Under the pieces are notes generated by a model. The model saw only the letters and a program-made list of their open reading frames with translations, was not told where the DNA came from and did not search any database. From Candidatus Moanibacter sp. (lineage in GTDB: Bacteria > Verrucomicrobiota > Verrucomicrobiia > Opitutales > UBA2987), in NCBI GenBank assembly GCA_965215885.1, contig CBDCEW010000046.1, positions 1 through 24,139 on the forward strand: a DNA stretch of 24,139 bases, written 5' to 3'. Both the position numbers and the translations under genes were made by a program. Shown here piece after piece: positions 19,890-24,139 of this stretch. Every line of letters begins with the position of its first letter. The stretch's first letter is position 1.

Positions 19890-20645
19890 TCACGGGCAGG
19901 AACGGCGACCTTTTCGAGCCCGGAAGGTCGCTCCGATTGTGAAGCGCGAAGTTGTAACCGCGGTAGTCCCGACATGCTCAACCTGTTCAAAGCCGGTCTC
20001 TTCCATCAGAGCGACAAGATCCCGAACCGGGATCGCTCCTCCAATTCACTGAGACCAGGCGTCGACGCTGCTCGCGAGTTCTTCCGGGAGATCCGTTTTC
20101 AAAGCGATATCGGCGCATTGCAGACAACCGTTGGCCCGAAGTACACGATGAATCTCCCGGAACGATTCCTCTTTACGGGGTGAAAGGTTAAGGACTCCAT
20201 TGGAGATGACGACGTCGAACGTTCCGCTTTTATAGGGAATCGCCTCGGCGGCGCCTAACCCTACTTCCGTGTTCGTGACGCCTGCCAGCGCCAGATTTCT
20301 CCGTGCGCTGTCCACCATTTCCGGAGTCAAGTCGATGCCGCACACGCGTCCGCCCTGTTTCACCAACCGACCGGCAACTAAGAGGTCGAAACCTGCGCCG
20401 CAGCCGATATCGAGAACCCAATTGGTTGGACCAATCGTCCCCAGGGTAAAAGGATTCCCAACACCGCAATAGGGGCGGAGCATCTCGGGAGGCGCCTTCG
20501 ATATGTCTGCCGTCGCGTAGCCCAGAAGTTCGGCACCCTCTCTACCGGTAGGATAGTTGAAGTGGCCCTCCGCTGTCCGGGAGACTTCTGCGTATCTCTT
20601 CTTAACTGCCTCCAGGATTTCGTTAGTGTCGCGATCGGTTTTCAT
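19890..20645 (-). CDS. Arsenite methyltransferase (ArsM)-like SAM-dependent methyltransferase, probable selenoprotein (Sec at TGA 20046-20048)
   Basis: CGVGNP, VLDIGCGAGFD, GIDLTPEM, DVVISNGVLNL. Reading through TGA gives AWSQ-U-IGGAIP...TGFEQV...GATFRARK to a stop at 19890, matching the ArsM W..CIAGA...GF..V tail. Confidence 0.8.
20009..20045 (-). promoter_or_regulatory. Candidate bacterial SECIS element
   Basis: mRNA UGA-AUUGGAG-GAGC-GAUCCCG[GUU]CGGGAUC-UUGUC-GCUC; a G-initiated apical loop begins 18 nt after the UGA. Confidence 0.7.
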
Positions 20646-20729
20646 TCTTATATAGTTCAGGCAATTTCTGTCCAATTGGCGAAATATTTAGATACCCCGT
20701 CCGCGGCGTGCCGGGACGGTGAATTTCCG

Positions 20730-20876
20730 TTCCTCCTCGATCTCCCTGCCCCATTGCTCCATGTCAAAGTCAGCGAGCTACTTACGGAAAGCCTTTGGCC
20801 CATCGGCTTCAATACACAGTGGTTTGCCACCTGCCTCACGAAGGGCAGCGGCTACGGACTTTCCTGCATCCGGGTT
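20730..20876 (-). pseudogene. Decayed coding fragments (SDR-like piece joined to a small antitoxin-like piece)
   Basis: Translates NPDAGKSVAAALREAGGKPLCIEAD-GPK-AFRK*LADFDMEQWGREIEEE. The assignment rests on recalled motif resemblance only. Confidence 0.3.
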
Positions 20877-20877
20877 G

Positions 20878-21360
20878 TTATGTCTCACTGAGCGTAGCCT
20901 CAATTTCGGTCGCGATGGCTGCGCCAAAATTCATGTGTGCTTCGCTCTCCCAGTGCAATCCATCCAATTCACTGGGCGTGACAATTTTAGCAGCATCAAG
21001 GAACCCGCATCCGAGGGTGTTCGCAAAGTATCGATAATGTTGCGCCAGTTCCCCGGATTTAAAATGCGCGCCTTCAAATGCGAAACGATCAGGGCTCTCG
21101 ACTGGATTGAAATGCGAAGGTGATACGAGAATGACCTTTGGTGTTGGAGCTGACCAATTCAGAACCAGTTCCGCGAGTTTAACAGCGCCACGCGCGATAT
21201 CGAACGGGGTTATGCCGAATCGAGCTTTCAAATCATTACTGCCAAGGGCGATTACGACCAAGTCTAAAGGCGAATGCATCTCAAGAGACAAGGGCAGATA
21301 TTTTCGGCCATTGCGACCATCCCAGCTACTATCATCCCGCGTGGTGGTACGACCGTTTAA
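20878..21360 (-). pseudogene. SGNH/GDSL hydrolase lacking its N-terminal GDS block
   Basis: The frame begins at the element edge with LNGRTT..DD...RNG..YL...HSPLDLVVIALGSNDLK...DGLH. No GDS motif is found upstream. Confidence 0.85.
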
Positions 21361-21453
21361 TCGCTTCGGGTTTAATTCCCCGAAGCTTGCTTCGTTTCTA
21401 ATTCATAAAGTCTAATATCAAATGCCTCGGGGCTTGCCCCGAGGATCTTTACC
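21356..21453 (+). mobile_element. Non-autonomous IS200/IS605-like double-hairpin element, copy 3 (divergent spacer)
   Basis: Same TTTAA-tcgct start, both hairpins and TTTACC end; the central part differs and is 3 bp shorter. Confidence 0.8.
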
Positions 21454-21502
21454 AAAAATGTTAAATAAGAATAAATTCTCATTAATGCGCTACTTGCGGA
21501 GC

Positions 21503-22990
21503 TCAGATTCGACCGAGGAATTTTCTGCCGAGTAGGTATGCGGTGAAGGCGACGAGGAAACCAACGAACCAGGCGAAATTGTAGATGCTCACAAAAAAGA
21601 CTGGGACTGCCTCCTCGCTGAGCAAATTGATCTTTATAAGGAATCCGGGTAAGCTCGGCAGGATGGCCAGGACCATGGAGAGAATGGCGACGATACTGAA
21701 ACCCCGAGAATAATTGTAGACTCCGTCTTCCTTATACAGTTCTACCGTCTCGAGATGTTGCCGCCTGTAAATGAAGTAATCGGCAATCATAATGCCTCCG
21801 ATGGGTCCGAGGAGTGCGCCGTAGCCAATCAGCCATACGAAGATATAGCCGCTGGGATCTTCATACAGTTTCCACGGGAATATGCAGATACCGATGATAC
21901 CCGTGATCACACCACCTCTCCTGAAACTGATACGTCGCGGCGAGAGATTTGAGAGATCGTTAGCTGGGGATACTACGTTAGCCGCAATGTTGGTCGACAT
22001 TGTCGCCACGGAGAGTGAAAGGAGTGCGAACACGATGAGAGCGGTATTATCAAATTTCGCGATGAGATCGACCGGATTCCAGATGGGGCTTCCGTAGACG
22101 ACGATCGTTGCGCTGGTAACGATGACTCCGATTCCCGAATAAAAGGCCATGGTTAAAGGGAGTCCGATGGCTTGCCCGATTAACTGATCCCGTTGTGATC
22201 GCGCGTAGCGAGAAAAGTCGGGAATATTCAGAGAGAGGGTGGCCCAAAACCCGACCATGGCGGTCAATCCGGCCGCGAAGACTCCGAAAAATTCCGCCCT
22301 GCTTTCAAATCGATCCTGTTGATCCAAAATCGGGCCGAATCCGTCGGCGGCTGCATAAGCCCACCAGAGCAGTCCGAGACCTATTAGAATGAGGAACGGC
22401 GCGCTCAAATTCTCTATCCATTTGATGCAGTCCATCCCCTTCAGTATGATCCCGATATTGATGGCCCAGAACAGCAGGAAACAGATTAACTCCCCGAGAG
22501 AAATTCCGAGAATCGGAAGGTCCGTTTTGGTGGATGGGTCGATATCGAGAAGAAGCGCAGCGACTATATAAATTGCCGAACCGCCAATCCAAGTCTGGAT
22601 TCCGAACCATCCGCAGGCCACAAGCCCGCGCATGAGGGCCGGTATGTTGGATCCAAGCGTTCCGAAAGAGGATCGCAAGAGAACGGGAAAAGGGATGCCA
22701 AAGGCAGTTCCGGGGCAGGCGTTGAGGCTCATCGGTATGAGGATGATGAGGTTTCCCAGAAAGATCGTTGCTACCGCCTGCTTCCAATTCATTCCCTGTG
22801 TGATCAGGCCGCTGGCGAGACTGTAGGTGGGTATGCTTACACACATGGCTACCCAAAGCGCGGCGATGTTCCATTTCGTCCAGGTGCGCAGTTCCCTCGG
22901 GATTGGCGCCAGATCCTCATTGTAGAGGCTGCTCTCCCTGACTTCTATCAGCTCCTCCGGGGAGAGTGCGTTATGGTTCAAGTGTTTCAA
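21503..22990 (-). CDS. NCS1-family nucleobase:cation symporter (hydantoin/uracil/allantoin permease type)
   Basis: LYNEDLAP...RTW, GIPFPVLLRSSFG, CGWFGIQTWIGG, WATLSLNIPDFSRY, NIAANVVSPAND; about 12 hydrophobic segments. Confidence 0.93.
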   Translation of the reverse strand: MKHLNHNALSPEELIEVRESSLYNEDLAPIPRELRTWTKWNIAALWVAMCVSIPTYSLASGLITQGMNWKQAVATIFLGNLIILIPMSLNACPGTAFGIPFPVLLRSSFGTLGSNIPALMRGLVACGWFGIQTWIGGSAIYIVAALLLDIDPSTKTDLPILGISLGELICFLLFWAINIGIILKGMDCIKWIENLSAPFLILIGLGLLWWAYAAADGFGPILDQQDRFESRAEFFGVFAAGLTAMVGFWATLSLNIPDFSRYARSQRDQLIGQAIGLPLTMAFYSGIGVIVTSATIVVYGSPIWNPVDLIAKFDNTALIVFALLSLSVATMSTNIAANVVSPANDLSNLSPRRISFRRGGVITGIIGICIFPWKLYEDPSGYIFVWLIGYGALLGPIGGIMIADYFIYRRQHLETVELYKEDGVYNYSRGFSIVAILSMVLAILPSLPGFLIKINLLSEEAVPVFFVSIYNFAWFVGFLVAFTAYLLGRKFLGRI

Positions 22991-23273
22991 ACTTAGCGGT
23001 TCGTTGCGTGGGAGTTCTGTATTTGATCCTTGTGTTAGTCAACGGCGCTAGTCGAACAATAGTCGATCCTTTTTCAATTGGAATTCAGACGACATTCGTC
23101 ATCGTATTAACGTATTTATGTACATTGAATTTGGAGATTCCCCTTCCCGGCATGACGGACAGGGTTGCTGATCCATTGTAATCACAGTTTCCGGACTGCG
23201 CCTTCCGTTTACTCTTCGCTGTGCCGTGACATGTGCTCTTCATCACTACTCGATTCCTTGAAACATTGAATCA

Positions 23274-24139
23274 ATGATACAGCAGCTTCTGCAGATCGAA
23301 CTCTATTTCCCCTGGTTTTTTCCGGCTTTGTTTTTTCTTGTCGGCGCGAACATCGGCAGTTTCTTGAACGTCTGCATCCATCGCATTCCCATAGAAAAAT
23401 CGATAGTCACACCCGGCTCTCATTGTGCGTGTGGAACTCCCATTGCCTGGTTCGACAATATACCGATAGTGAGCTGGTTTGTCCTCCGGGGAAGGGCCCG
23501 ATGCTGTGGCCGCCGATTCGGCTTTCGCTATGCGGCGATTGAATTTCTCACCGCCGCACTCTTCCTCCTCTGTTGGATGCTCTTTCCTCCGGCGAAGGCG
23601 ATCGGCGGAATGATCTTCTGCTCCATGATGATCTGCGTGACTTTCATCGATTTGGACCACATGATCATACCCGACCGCTTTTCCATCGGTGGATTCGTAG
23701 TTGGCGTTGGCGTCGCCGTGATGTGGCCCTCCCTGCACGGGTTCAGCGACGGAGTCTACATCGTAGACAGTCTCCGTTCACTCATCAGCGCTTTACTGGG
23801 CGCATTTGTCGGCTCCTCACTTGTACTCTGGTTGGCGCTTCTTGCGGAAATGATCCTACGCAAGGAGGCGATGGGATTTGGCGATGTGAAACTGATGGGA
23901 GCGATCGGCGCATTCTGTGGTTGGCAGGGAGCGGTCTTCGCGATGTTCGGAGGGGCTGTAATCGGTACTCTCGGGGTGTTCATCTATGTGCCATACCGTT
24001 TCCTTGCGCGTAAGATCGGAAGGAGAATGGACGACCCGGGTGCTGACCCGGTCTCCGATGAAGGGGCAGAGGAAGATAGCGGTGCCGAAGGGGAAGGCGA
24101 GAGAGAAGCGGCAATGGATGATTCGTTCACCGTGATTGG
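23274..24139 (+). CDS. pilD: Prepilin peptidase (A24 family), runs off the window end
   Basis: Hand translation from ATG 23274 (absent from the ORF track): GSFLNVCIHRIP, SHCACG...DNIPIVSW..LRGRARCCG, FIDLDHMIIPD, MGFGDVKL. Confidence 0.93.
   Translation, partial: MIQQLLQIELYFPWFFPALFFLVGANIGSFLNVCIHRIPIEKSIVTPGSHCACGTPIAWFDNIPIVSWFVLRGRARCCGRRFGFRYAAIEFLTAALFLLCWMLFPPAKAIGGMIFCSMMICVTFIDLDHMIIPDRFSIGGFVVGVGVAVMWPSLHGFSDGVYIVDSLRSLISALLGAFVGSSLVLWLALLAEMILRKEAMGFGDVKLMGAIGAFCGWQGAVFAMFGGAVIGTLGVFIYVPYRFLARKIGRRMDDPGADPVSDEGAEEDSGAEGEGEREAAMDDSFTVI

Noticed and set aside
22991..23273. Purine-type riboswitch upstream of the NCS1 transporter
   Set aside because: No recognisable aptamer consensus by eye; an Rfam/Infernal scan would be needed.
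23271..24013. ORFs 23271-23738 (-), 23573-24013 (+) and 23756-23983 (-)
   Set aside because: Shadows of pilD, which occupies another frame from 23274 and lacks a stop inside the window.

Overview
Bacterial chromosomal window, probably Verrucomicrobiota/Opitutales-like (inferred from protein styles, not proven). It holds housekeeping and accessory genes: the pilB/gspE 3' end, pilC, an FmdB-type protein, a Tat-exported PaoABC/YagTSR-like molybdoenzyme operon with mocA, a giant S8 protease, DoxX, a CDGSH Fe-S protein, a DmpA peptidase, a sulfotransferase and 2OG-Fe(II) oxygenase pair, an SGNH hydrolase remnant, an NCS1 transporter and pilD. The region is heavily invaded by mobile DNA: two IS4-family copies with 9-bp target duplications that split two genes, three copies of a ~95-bp IS200/IS605-like double-hairpin element (one translated in-frame inside the protease), several CTAG-bounded MITE-like elements (one inside pilC), and REP-like palindromes. 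The strongest hidden signal is an ArsM-like methyltransferase whose apparent TGA stop sits at a conserved Cys position, is followed by a SECIS-like hairpin and 51 more codons, so it is probably a selenoprotein. No rRNA, tRNA or CRISPR array was seen. All family calls come from motif recognition, without database searches.
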